Assembly (NCBI GenBank): GCA_044867425.1
Contig: JBIOUX010000104.1
Span: 211 to 64,210 of the forward strand
Origin: Acidimicrobiia bacterium
GTDB lineage: Bacteria; Actinomycetota; Acidimicrobiia; IMCC26256; BP-133
Reading direction: 5' to 3'
DNA length: 64,000 nucleotides
Of this stretch, positions 42,260 through 51,265 are shown in pieces (within the stretch, counting starts at the first letter, position 1; every line of letters begins with the position of its first letter). The notes under the pieces were generated by a model, which saw only the letters and a program-made list of their open reading frames with translations, was not told the origin of the DNA and searched no databases. The position numbers and the translations under genes are program-made.

Positions 42260-44188
42260 TCAGCCCGCCAGGCGCTTCTGGAAGAACTGGAGGAGGTGGC
42301 CCCGCTCGAGCACCCGGTTGTCGCGCTTCTGCGAGCCGTGGCCCTCGTCCGGAAAGACGATGAGGAGCGAGCCGATCTTCTTGGCGGCGAGCGCCTCGTG
42401 GATCTGGGTCGCCTCGCTCACCGGCACGCGGGGGTCGTTCGCCCCCTGGACGACGAGCAGCGGAGCCTTGACCCGGTCGACGTAGGTGATGGGCGACAGC
42501 TTCACCAGGGCGTCGCGGTCCTTCTCAGGGTCGCCGTACTCCGTGATCCGCAGCGGCCGGCGGTAGGGCGCGGTGTTCTCCAGGAAGGTGAGGAGGTTGG
42601 CGATCCCGACGTTGGAGGCGCCGGCGTCGTAGGCCCCGGCGAACATCGTCATCCCGATGAGGGCCGAGTAGCCGCCGTAGCTGCCGCCGGAGATGCCGAT
42701 CCTGGGCGGCCGGCCGCCGTCCCCCCAGTGGGCGCGGATGAACCGGGCGCAGTCCTCGATGTCGGTGATGACATCGAGCCGCTTCGGCCCGTCGTCGGCG
42801 TGCAGCCACGCCTTCCCGTAGCCGTCGCTGCCCCGCACGTTCGGCTCGACGTAGACGAAGCCGGCGTCGACGAAGAGCTGGGCGCCGGAGTGGAATCCGG
42901 GGTATGCCTGGCCTTCGGGACCCCCGTGGAAGTTGACGACCACCGGGCAGGGCTTGGTGGGACACGACTCCGGACGCCGCACGAACATGGGGATGCGGGT
43001 CCCGTCCCGGGCCGGGTACGACTCCAGGCTGGCCACGGCAAAGCGGCTCGTGTCCAGCTCCGGGGCGCTCGGGGTGTGCCACTGCGTCAGCCCGCCGGTC
43101 GTCCAGTCCATCACGTAGCTGCTCACCGGCGCCCGGCCGGTGTCGACCGACAGTGTCGTGTAGCGACCGTCGGAGGTGGTGGCCCCGAAGCGGACGTGGT
43201 CGGCCGCCGGCAGCGCCGGGAGGGGAAGCTCGGTGAAGGTGCGGGCGTCCATGGCCCTTAGGCGGCTGTAGCCGCCGTCGTTGACGATGTAGAGGATCCG
43301 CCGTCTCGGCTCGTCGATGGAGAAGGCCGAGACGTCGTGGGGCATCTCGGGTGTGACGGGAACGAGCTTGCCCTGGCGGAAACGGTAGAGCCGGCGGAAG
43401 TCACCGATCTTGGGGGTGAGCACGAGCAGCTCGCCGCTCTCCGCTCCGAAGGCGGCCTGGTAATCCTCGGCCTCGCCCTGCCCGAGGACGGGAGTGAGGG
43501 CCTTGGTGGCCAGGTCGAACTCGTAGAACTCGCGGGACGCGCTCCCGGTCTCCTTCACCAGCAGCAGCCCCCCGTCGGGCCGGTGGTCGGCCACGTCCCA
43601 GAGCCCGTCCTGATCGAAAACGAGCTCCGAGCCCTTGGTGGCGACGTCGTAGCGGTAGATGGCGTAGGCGTCGGCCTTGCGGTCGTTGGCCCGGTAGTAG
43701 ATCGACTTGCCGTCGTTGGGGATGAAGGACAGGAAGGCCCGCACCTGGTCCTTGTGGGCGATGACCTCAAGCGACCCTCCCCCGGCCGGCTGGAGGTACA
43801 GCCCGGGGTTCTCCGCTCCGCCGCGGTCCCTCGACACCACCACGTGGCGGCCGTCGGGCATGACGCCGGCCACGGCGGTGACGTCCTCGCCCCCGGTGAG
43901 CTGGACGGGGAAGCGCTGGGGCCCGTCCAGGCGCCACACCTGGGACGTACCGGTCACCGACCAGGTGAAGAACATGGTCCGGCCGTCGAGGCTGACCTCG
44001 CCGGCGTCGGGCGAGCGGACGTCGAGCATGGACTGGACACGCGCCCGCACCTCGGGCGGGACGGGCGGCGGGGCGTACTGGGCCAGGACGTCCGGTCCGC
44101 TCGCCGTCGCCTTCGTCTCCTGACGGGCGGAGGTGTTGCAGGCGCCGGCAACCACGGCAACGACCAGGACGAGGGGCCATCGAGTCAC
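42260..44188 (-). CDS. S9 family serine peptidase (prolyl oligopeptidase/acylaminoacyl peptidase type), lipoprotein signal
   Basis: Nucleophile elbow GISGGSYGGY. N-terminal beta-propeller-like half. Signal and lipobox VVAGAC. Confidence 0.85.
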   Translation of the reverse strand: MTRWPLVLVVAVVAGACNTSARQETKATASGPDVLAQYAPPPVPPEVRARVQSMLDVRSPDAGEVSLDGRTMFFTWSVTGTSQVWRLDGPQRFPVQLTGGEDVTAVAGVMPDGRHVVVSRDRGGAENPGLYLQPAGGGSLEVIAHKDQVRAFLSFIPNDGKSIYYRANDRKADAYAIYRYDVATKGSELVFDQDGLWDVADHRPDGGLLLVKETGSASREFYEFDLATKALTPVLGQGEAEDYQAAFGAESGELLVLTPKIGDFRRLYRFRQGKLVPVTPEMPHDVSAFSIDEPRRRILYIVNDGGYSRLRAMDARTFTELPLPALPAADHVRFGATTSDGRYTTLSVDTGRAPVSSYVMDWTTGGLTQWHTPSAPELDTSRFAVASLESYPARDGTRIPMFVRRPESCPTKPCPVVVNFHGGPEGQAYPGFHSGAQLFVDAGFVYVEPNVRGSDGYGKAWLHADDGPKRLDVITDIEDCARFIRAHWGDGGRPPRIGISGGSYGGYSALIGMTMFAGAYDAGASNVGIANLLTFLENTAPYRRPLRITEYGDPEKDRDALVKLSPITYVDRVKAPLLVVQGANDPRVPVSEATQIHEALAAKKIGSLLIVFPDEGHGSQKRDNRVLERGHLLQFFQKRLAG

Positions 44189-44230
44189 GGCGGTGGACTG
44201 TACCGGCGGCGGCGGAACCGCCCCCGCGAA

Positions 44231-44884
44231 TTATTTCGAGGGGTGGACGGGAAGCCAGACGGGTACGGGAGTCACTTCGCGGACCGCGAGGGCGAGGTAG
44301 CGGTCCGGGCCGTCGTCGAACGACTCAGCCCGCCACCCGGTGGCGGTCAGTACTGGAGAGAGCACCGCGGGGTCGAGCGGATCGTCCGGGTCGACCTCAC
44401 GGCCGTGGCGGGCAGCCAGCGCGGCGCGGCTGACGGGGTGGAAGACGGCGAGGCGACCGTTCCCCCTCGTGACGCGGGCGAGCTCGAGCAGCCCAGCGCC
44501 CGCGTCGGGGATGTGGGGGAGGTAGCCGGCGGCGAAGACGGCGTCGACCGAGGCGGCGGGCAGCGGGAGGTGCAGGGCATCGCCCAGCACCAGCCCGGCG
44601 ACGCGGTCACGGCCTTTGGCCCGGGCGGCATCAAGCATCTCCGGGGTGACGTCGACGGCGAGCACCCGGCCGGCCGAGCCGACGGCGGAGCGAAGGAGGG
44701 GCAGCGAACGCCCGGTCCCGCAGGCGACGTCGAGCACCGTGCCCCCCGCCGGCGGACGCAGGTCGGCGACGGCAGCCCGGTACACTGGGCCGTCGTCGGG
44801 GAACCGCTCATCCCACCCCGCCGCCCGAGCCGCGAAGAAGGAGCGGGTGGCACCCAGGTCCTGGTCGCCAGGTCGGCCCGCCAC
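44231..44884 (-). CDS. Class I SAM-dependent methyltransferase
   Basis: VLDVACGTGRS is motif I, and VDAVFAAGYLPH follows. This is the C-terminal part of chimeric track ORF 44231..45898. The GTG 44884 start is uncertain. Confidence 0.7.
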   Translation of the reverse strand: MAGRPGDQDLGATRSFFAARAAGWDERFPDDGPVYRAAVADLRPPAGGTVLDVACGTGRSLPLLRSAVGSAGRVLAVDVTPEMLDAARAKGRDRVAGLVLGDALHLPLPAASVDAVFAAGYLPHIPDAGAGLLELARVTRGNGRLAVFHPVSRAALAARHGREVDPDDPLDPAVLSPVLTATGWRAESFDDGPDRYLALAVREVTPVPVWLPVHPSK

Positions 44885-45001
44885 GAGCGCAAACCTATCG
44901 ATCCTTCCCGCTCGACGGCTCCTTCGCGGTCCCCCGCAGGCATGCTCTGGTGGCTGAACCGTCGCGGTGGAGCGACGCTGTCGAGCCCCTCTTGCGTGCC
45001 C

Positions 45002-45832
45002 ATGCCGCAGATTCCACCGATCCAGGCGCTGGAACGCGATTCTTGGGGCATGCGGAGCCGGAGTGGGTTCTTCGACGGGGAGACGGGCGGGCCCGTGCAG
45101 GTGGTGCTCGAGCTGCAGGAGGGCGGGGACTTCAAGCTGCCCTGCCGGATCGGCTACCGGGACCCGAAGCACGGGCCGCCGTTCCTCGTCCCGAAGGACC
45201 CCGAGAAGTTCCGCACCGATCTGACGTCGGTGCCGTGGCCCTTCGCCTGGCTCGTGCCCAGCCTGGGAACTCACCTGCTGGCCGCCCTCCTCCACGACGG
45301 CCTCGTCGTCCCCGAGGGCGCCGAGCCCACCCATGAGGGCGACCCGGTGTCGCGGGAGGAAGCCGACCGTATCTTCCGCGACGCCATGGCCGGCCTGGGC
45401 GTACCCCGGCTGCGGCGCTGGCTGATCTGGACGGCGGTCATGCTGGCCACCGCTTGGCAGGCGCTCGCTCCCCGGTGGTGGTGGCGGACACTGGTCGTGG
45501 TGACCTTCGGGGGCATCGGGGTGCTCGGGACCCTGGCCACCCTCGACCTGTTGGATCTCTGGGACGTGCTGCCGTGGATGGGCGACCAGCCATGGTGGGC
45601 CGAGCTCCTCTGGGGAGCAGCGTTCGCCCTGGTGATCCCGCTCGGGCTGTCGCTGCTGTGGGGGCGCCGGTGTCCGGTGGCGGCGGTGGGCGGAGTGGCG
45701 GCCGCCTTCCTGTTCCACGTGACGGTGGCCGTGGTGATCGTGTTCTCCATCTACTGGTTGGCCGAGCAGCTCGTGTCGCGGCCGGAGGGGACCGGCCCCA
45801 GCATCGAGCGGAACCTCACCCGTCGACGGTGA
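45002..45832 (+). CDS. DUF1353-like domain protein with C-terminal TM segments
   Basis: This is the last part of chimeric track ORF 43337..45832. TDLTSVPWPFAWL...LLHDGL, then four hydrophobic helices. Start is ATG 45002 or 45050. Confidence 0.5.
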   Translation: MPQIPPIQALERDSWGMRSRSGFFDGETGGPVQVVLELQEGGDFKLPCRIGYRDPKHGPPFLVPKDPEKFRTDLTSVPWPFAWLVPSLGTHLLAALLHDGLVVPEGAEPTHEGDPVSREEADRIFRDAMAGLGVPRLRRWLIWTAVMLATAWQALAPRWWWRTLVVVTFGGIGVLGTLATLDLLDLWDVLPWMGDQPWWAELLWGAAFALVIPLGLSLLWGRRCPVAAVGGVAAAFLFHVTVAVVIVFSIYWLAEQLVSRPEGTGPSIERNLTRRR

Positions 45833-45901
45833 ATAAGGAACCCCTCGCCCTTCGGGTTCATGAGCGTGCGTCCACGCCATGCCGGCCGACCCTTGCACGC
45901 T

Positions 45902-48802
45902 TTACCCGGCGGCGTCCCCGGACAGCCAGGCCAGGGCGCTCAGGGCGGCGTCATCCAGCGTGAGAGCAGCACCGGCGTCGAGACAGCGCCGGGCCTCGTC
46001 AGGGCCGAGCGCCTCGAACGCCCCCCGGCGGACGGCGGCCAGGCGGGCGGCATCCTCGCCGAAGGTGGGGGCCACCGTGTCGTTCCCCACCGCCCCCAGC
46101 AGTTCCGTGGCCTGGCGGACCGACCCGATGCGGGCGAGCAGCACCACGAGGTTGCGCAACGTCGTCAGCTGGTGCATCCGGGCGCCCTCACGGCGCCAGT
46201 GGTCGATGACGGCGGCGAAGGCGCCGATCGCCTCGCCGGGGTCGCCCACCCGGGCCCGCAGGGAACAGGCGGAAACCCGGGCCACGCCACCCAGGTACCG
46301 GTTGCCGACGGAGTCGGCCAGGGCCACGGCCCGATCCAGGAGGGGCAGGGCGCGACCGGGGTCACGGTCGAGCACGACTTCGCCTTCGACATACGCCAGC
46401 CAGCCCTCATCGGAGGGCGCCAGCGGCGCCGCCCATGACCGGCGCAGCGCCCCTTCCGCCTCCTCGAACCGCCCGGCATAGGCCGCGGCGGCCGCGATGT
46501 TGGCGATGGCGGCCACGACGAGGTGGCTGTCTTCGCCCTCGTCCGCCGCCGCCAGCATCCGCCGCCCCACCTCGCTCGAGTCGTCCAGCCGCCCGGCGAA
46601 GACGTGCACATCGGCCAGAACCTCGAGGGCGTGGAGGGCTTCGCCGGCGGACTCGGCGACGGATGCGCCCCGCTCGGCCAGCGCCCGAGCTCGGGGAAGA
46701 TCGCCGGCGATAACCGACCGCTGCGCGGCGGAGGCCAGCACCACGCTGCTCCCCGGCTCGCCGCCGAGATCGTCCACCAGGGCGACGGCCCAGGCCAGCG
46801 GCTCGTCCCGCAGCCGGGACTGGGCGAAGAGGTGGAGCGCCGCCGACAGACCGACGGCGAGCGGCAGGTCCGCGGACCGGGCCCAGCGGTGGGCGGCGCG
46901 CAGCTCGTCGGTCAGCCCGTCGAGGCGGGCGGCGGCGTCCGCTTCGGCGGTGGTGCGCAGGCCCCGGTCGGCGGCGGTGGCGGCCATGACGACGTGCTCG
47001 GCGTGGCGACGGGCCAGCACCTCGGCCCGACCCGAGGCGGCCAGGCGCCGGAGGGCGTGGTCGCGGATGGTGGCCAGCATCCCGAAGCGGGCCCGCGCTC
47101 CCGAGGTGTCGGCCACCAGCAGCGACCGGTCCGCCAGCCGGCACAAGGCATCCAGAGGCGACGCCCGTCCGGTCACCGCCGCCACGTCGGCTTCGTCGAC
47201 GGCGCCGGCGAAGACCGAGAGTTCGGCGAGCAGGTCCCGGTCGTCGTGGTCGAGCAGTGCCTCCGACCACTCCACCACCCCCGCCAGGGTCCGGTGACGG
47301 GCCTCCCCGCCCCGGCGGGGGGACGCCAACCGATCGAGGTCGTCGAGGCGCTCGGCCAGCTCGGGCAGCGGGAGGGTGGCGGCGGGGGCCGCCGCCATCT
47401 CGATGGCGAGTGGCAGCCCGTCCAGGCGGCGGACGATCCGGTCGACCACCGCCAGGTTCGCCTCGCCGGCGTCGAGGCCGGGGCGGACGGCCCGGGCCCG
47501 CTCGAGGAACAGGCGCCGGGCGGCGGGGTCCTCCCCGGCCAGGGCCAGGGGCGCCACCGTCCAGACGTGCTCGCCGCCGATCCCGAGGCGTTCCCGGCTG
47601 GTGGCCAGGACGCGGGCCCGGCCACCGCCGGTCAGGATGGCCTCCGCCAGCCGGGCGGCCTCGGCGATGAGGTGCTCGCAGTTGTCCAGCACCACCAGCA
47701 GGTCGAGGGCCCCCACCTGGGCCAGAGCCGCCTCGGGCGACCCGCCTTCGACCGACAGGCCCAGGGCATCGACGACCGCCCCGGGCACGGCCGCCGGATC
47801 CTCCACGGAGGCCAGGGGCAGGAGACGGGCTCCCCAGCGGTGGCGGCCGGCGATCCGGTCGGCCACCGCCAGGGCGAGCCGGGTCTTGCCCACGCCGCCG
47901 GGCCCGCACAGGGTCACCAGCCGGGCGGTGCCGAGCATCCGCTCCAGCGTTTCGAGGTCGGCGTCCCGGCCGACGAGCGACGAGGCGGGAACGGGGAAGG
48001 GTCGGGGAGCCAGCACCGGCGGGGCCGGGCCGGCCAGGGCGGCCATCTCGGCCTGGCGGAGGCGCGCCGAGGGCACCAGCCCGGCGTCGGCCAGCGCCGC
48101 CGCGGCCCGCTGGTAGGCCCGAAGCGCCTCGGGGGCGCGGTCGGCGGCCGCTAGCGACTCCACCAGGACGGCCCACGCCCCCTCCCGCAGGGGGTGGGAG
48201 GAGACGAGCGCCTCGGCGGCCGCCGCCGCCCGCGCCGCCTGACCGTCGCGCAGGAGGGCGCCGGCGTGATCCTCCTCGGCGGACAGGCGGAGCTCCTCCA
48301 GGCGCCGGGCGACGCCCCGCAGCGGCTCGACGTCGGCGAGGTCCCCGAAGGCGGTTCCCCGCCAGAGGGCGAGCGCCTCCTCCAGGAGGGCCACGGCCAC
48401 CTCGGGACGAGCGGCGCCCGCCTCGCCCACCAGAGCCTCGAAACGGCCGGCGTCAACCTCGACCGGGGAGAGAGCCAGGGCGTAGCCGCCGGGACGGATG
48501 GCCACGGCCTCGCCGAGAACGCCCCGCAACCGGGACACGTAGGTGCGCAGCGTCTGGGCCGCCGTGCGGGGCGGCGAGTCACCCCACAGGGCGTCGACGA
48601 GCACATCGGCGCTGACGGTCTCACCGACACGGGCGGCGAGCACGGCCAGGACGAGCCGCTGGCTGCGGCTGCCGAGCACCGGCGCGGCGGCCTCCGGGCT
48701 CTCGGCGCCGCCGGGGCCGACCGCCACCGGACCGAGGACCCGCAGCCGCACGAGCTGATAGTAGGAACTCAACGTTGCCGCCGTCCGTCCGGGCTGCGAC
48801 AC
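45902..48802 (-). CDS. SARP/AfsR-type regulator: OmpR-like winged helix, BTAD, P-loop NTPase, then TPR
   Basis: LRVLGPVAV...RLVLAVLAARVGETVSADVLVDALWG is the DNA-binding part. ALWRGTAFGDL is BTAD. LCGPGGVGKTRLA is the Walker A motif. Long helical C-terminus. Confidence 0.85.
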   Translation of the reverse strand: MSQPGRTAATLSSYYQLVRLRVLGPVAVGPGGAESPEAAAPVLGSRSQRLVLAVLAARVGETVSADVLVDALWGDSPPRTAAQTLRTYVSRLRGVLGEAVAIRPGGYALALSPVEVDAGRFEALVGEAGAARPEVAVALLEEALALWRGTAFGDLADVEPLRGVARRLEELRLSAEEDHAGALLRDGQAARAAAAAEALVSSHPLREGAWAVLVESLAAADRAPEALRAYQRAAAALADAGLVPSARLRQAEMAALAGPAPPVLAPRPFPVPASSLVGRDADLETLERMLGTARLVTLCGPGGVGKTRLALAVADRIAGRHRWGARLLPLASVEDPAAVPGAVVDALGLSVEGGSPEAALAQVGALDLLVVLDNCEHLIAEAARLAEAILTGGGRARVLATSRERLGIGGEHVWTVAPLALAGEDPAARRLFLERARAVRPGLDAGEANLAVVDRIVRRLDGLPLAIEMAAAPAATLPLPELAERLDDLDRLASPRRGGEARHRTLAGVVEWSEALLDHDDRDLLAELSVFAGAVDEADVAAVTGRASPLDALCRLADRSLLVADTSGARARFGMLATIRDHALRRLAASGRAEVLARRHAEHVVMAATAADRGLRTTAEADAAARLDGLTDELRAAHRWARSADLPLAVGLSAALHLFAQSRLRDEPLAWAVALVDDLGGEPGSSVVLASAAQRSVIAGDLPRARALAERGASVAESAGEALHALEVLADVHVFAGRLDDSSEVGRRMLAAADEGEDSHLVVAAIANIAAAAAYAGRFEEAEGALRRSWAAPLAPSDEGWLAYVEGEVVLDRDPGRALPLLDRAVALADSVGNRYLGGVARVSACSLRARVGDPGEAIGAFAAVIDHWRREGARMHQLTTLRNLVVLLARIGSVRQATELLGAVGNDTVAPTFGEDAARLAAVRRGAFEALGPDEARRCLDAGAALTLDDAALSALAWLSGDAAG

Positions 48803-48843
48803 GGCTGCAACGGCGGGTCGACAGCCGTCCCGAGACTGTGGCC

Positions 48844-49701
48844 ATGACCTCCACCACTGACACCGGTCCGCTCCTCACCACCGGCTGGGAATCCGACGCC
48901 CCCGTCGACGACTCCCTCCTCCGCCGCTTCCTGTCCTGCTGGGCGTCCGCCTGTGAGACCTTCGCCGGCGCCGGCGGCGGCCGGGCCCTGCGCACCCCCG
49001 ACTTCGCCGCCGCCGACTACGGCCGTCCCAGCGGCTGGTTCAACTCGGCCACCCTGCTGGCGCCACCCGACCCGGCTCGCTTCGACGCCGTCCTCGACGA
49101 CATCGAGGCGTTCTTCGGGTCCGGCACCGGTGAGGCGGTGCTGTTGAGCGCCTGGCCCCTCCCCGACCTGCGGGCCCGGGGCTGGCGCCTGGAGGGCCAC
49201 CCGCCGCTCCTGGCCCGACCGCCCGCCGGCCTCGTCCCTCCTCCCGCCTGCCCACCGGTGGACATCGTCGATGTCACCGACGCCGCCGAGCTGGCGGAAT
49301 GGGAGCGGGTGGCGGCCGAGGGCTACCCACTGCCCGAGCTGCTGCCCGTCCGGCCGGGTGCGATCGCCGACCCCAGCCTCCTCGACGACCCCCGCCTGCG
49401 GTTCACGCTGGGCCGGGAGGCCGGCGAGGCGGTGAGCCTCGGAGCCCTCTTCGTCGAGGCCGGCATCGGCTGCTTCACCCTCGGCGTGACCCAGCCGCCG
49501 GCCCGGGGCCGGGGCCACTGGCGGGCCCACGCCATCCGCCGTCTCCTCGCCGCCCCCGACCTGTGGATGACCGGCATCTTCAGCGACTCCAGCCGCCCGC
49601 CGGCCGAGCGGCTCGGCTTCCTCCCCCTGTTCCGCTTCACCCTCTGGGTCCGGCCCCGTCCCGGTGCCGAGCCCGTCCAGACCAAAAGGAGCCCACGATG
49701 A
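48844..49701 (+). CDS. GNAT-family acetyltransferase-like protein
   Basis: The start was trimmed to MTSTTDTG (ATG 48844). C-terminal half FTLGVTQPPARGRGHWRAHAIRRLL is a (Q/R)xxGxG/A-like motif. Confidence 0.5.
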   Translation: MTSTTDTGPLLTTGWESDAPVDDSLLRRFLSCWASACETFAGAGGGRALRTPDFAAADYGRPSGWFNSATLLAPPDPARFDAVLDDIEAFFGSGTGEAVLLSAWPLPDLRARGWRLEGHPPLLARPPAGLVPPPACPPVDIVDVTDAAELAEWERVAAEGYPLPELLPVRPGAIADPSLLDDPRLRFTLGREAGEAVSLGALFVEAGIGCFTLGVTQPPARGRGHWRAHAIRRLLAAPDLWMTGIFSDSSRPPAERLGFLPLFRFTLWVRPRPGAEPVQTKRSPR

Positions 49702-51131
49702 TCACCACTCCCTTCACCATTGCCGACAACCTTCCCGTGACCGGCGCCAGTTCCCAAGCGCAGGAGCGCTACGACATCGCCGTGGAAGCGCAGTTGCGCC
49801 TCGCCGACGACGTCGCCGAAGCCTGGGAGGCCACCGTCGAAGACGACCCCGGCTTCGTCCTCGGTCAGATCGGGCGGGCGTACCTGCGCTGCCTGTCGAC
49901 GGAGGCGCCCGACGCCGCCGACGCCCGCCGGATCCTCGACGACCTGGGCGAGCCGGGAGGGCTCAATGACCGCGAGCGTCGCCACCTGGCCGCCGCCCGG
50001 GCCTACGCCCACCGCGACCTGCACGGCGCCAGCGAGCGGTTGGCTTCGCTGTCGGTCGCCTACCCCCGCGACGTCCTCGCCCTGGCCATCGGCCACCAGC
50101 TGGACTTCTTCTGCGGCGACTCCGTCACCCTGCGGGACCGCGTCGGCCGGGCTCTCATGTCCTGGCGTCCGGCGGAGCCGAACTTCGGCTTCCTCCTGGG
50201 GATGCACGCCTTCGGCCTCGAAGAGTGCGGGCTCTACCCCCAGGCGGAGGCCACGGGGATGCGGGCGCTGGCACACGACGCCCGCGACGTGTGGGCCCTC
50301 CACGCCGTTGTCCACACCCACGAGATGCAAGGCCGCACCCGCGATGGCCTGCGGACCCTGGAGGAGCGGCGGGCGGACTGGACGGAGGGCAACTTCCTGG
50401 CCGTGCACAACAGCTGGCACGAAGCGCTCCTCCTGCTCGACGCCGGTCACACCGAACGTGCCCTGGGGATCTATGACACGGCGGTGCGCCACCCCGAGTC
50501 GGCCGACGTGGCCTTCACCCTGGTCGACGCCGCCGCCTTGCTGTGGCGGCTCCACCTCGACGGCGCCGACGTGGGGGGTCGCTGGTCCGCCCTGGCCGAG
50601 GCGTGGCACGGCCTGCTCGACGAACCCTGGTACGTCTTCAACGACATGCACGCCGCCATGTCCTTCGTGGGAGCAGGCCGGCTGGAGGACGCCCGGGCCC
50701 TCGTCGCCCGCCTCGAGGCCCATGTGGCCTCCGGTCCCCGCCCGTCGGTTTCCAACGTGGCGATGACCGCCGAGGTGGGCCTCCCGGTGTGCTCCGCCAT
50801 CCTGGCCTTCGGCGAGGGGCGCTACGGCGAGGTCGTGGACCTGCTCCACCCGATCCGCAAGATCGTGTACCGCTTCGGCGGCAGCCACGCCCAGCGGGAC
50901 GCCGTCGCCCGGACCCTCTTCGAAGCCGCCATCCGGGCCGGCGACACCGATCTGGCCCAGGCGCTGGCCTCCGAGCGACTCGCCGTCAAGGAGGCCAACC
51001 CCTACACCTGGCGCCAGCTCGCCCGGATCCGGGCGGCCACCGGCGACCATGTCGCGGCCACGATGGCCACTGCTCCCCGCAGCCCGATCAGGTCAGCGGT
51101 GACGCCGGCGATGAGCGCTTCGAGGGCGTAG
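49698..51131 (+). CDS. TTC38-family tetratricopeptide repeat protein
   Basis: ATGA overlap at 49698. DPGFVLGQIGRAYL...HRDLHGASERL...YPRDVLAL...WALHAVVHTHEMQG is typical of this family. Confidence 0.6.
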   Translation: MITTPFTIADNLPVTGASSQAQERYDIAVEAQLRLADDVAEAWEATVEDDPGFVLGQIGRAYLRCLSTEAPDAADARRILDDLGEPGGLNDRERRHLAAARAYAHRDLHGASERLASLSVAYPRDVLALAIGHQLDFFCGDSVTLRDRVGRALMSWRPAEPNFGFLLGMHAFGLEECGLYPQAEATGMRALAHDARDVWALHAVVHTHEMQGRTRDGLRTLEERRADWTEGNFLAVHNSWHEALLLLDAGHTERALGIYDTAVRHPESADVAFTLVDAAALLWRLHLDGADVGGRWSALAEAWHGLLDEPWYVFNDMHAAMSFVGAGRLEDARALVARLEAHVASGPRPSVSNVAMTAEVGLPVCSAILAFGEGRYGEVVDLLHPIRKIVYRFGGSHAQRDAVARTLFEAAIRAGDTDLAQALASERLAVKEANPYTWRQLARIRAATGDHVAATMATAPRSPIRSAVTPAMSASRA

Positions 51132-51265
51132 CCGCCCGACCGAGCGGCGTGAGCCGACCGTCACGGTGCACTGAGCCCCCCTGGTTCGAGCGTGGTTCCG
51201 AGACAGCTCCACACTCGCCCCGGGGGGCTCACTCAGTCACGAACCGAAATCAACAAGGTCCGTGG

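Noticed and set aside
45838-45859. GAACCC...GGGTTC hairpin as a terminator after the DUF1353 gene
   Set aside because: Only 6 bp with a 10-nt loop and no U-tract. Too weak to report as a feature.
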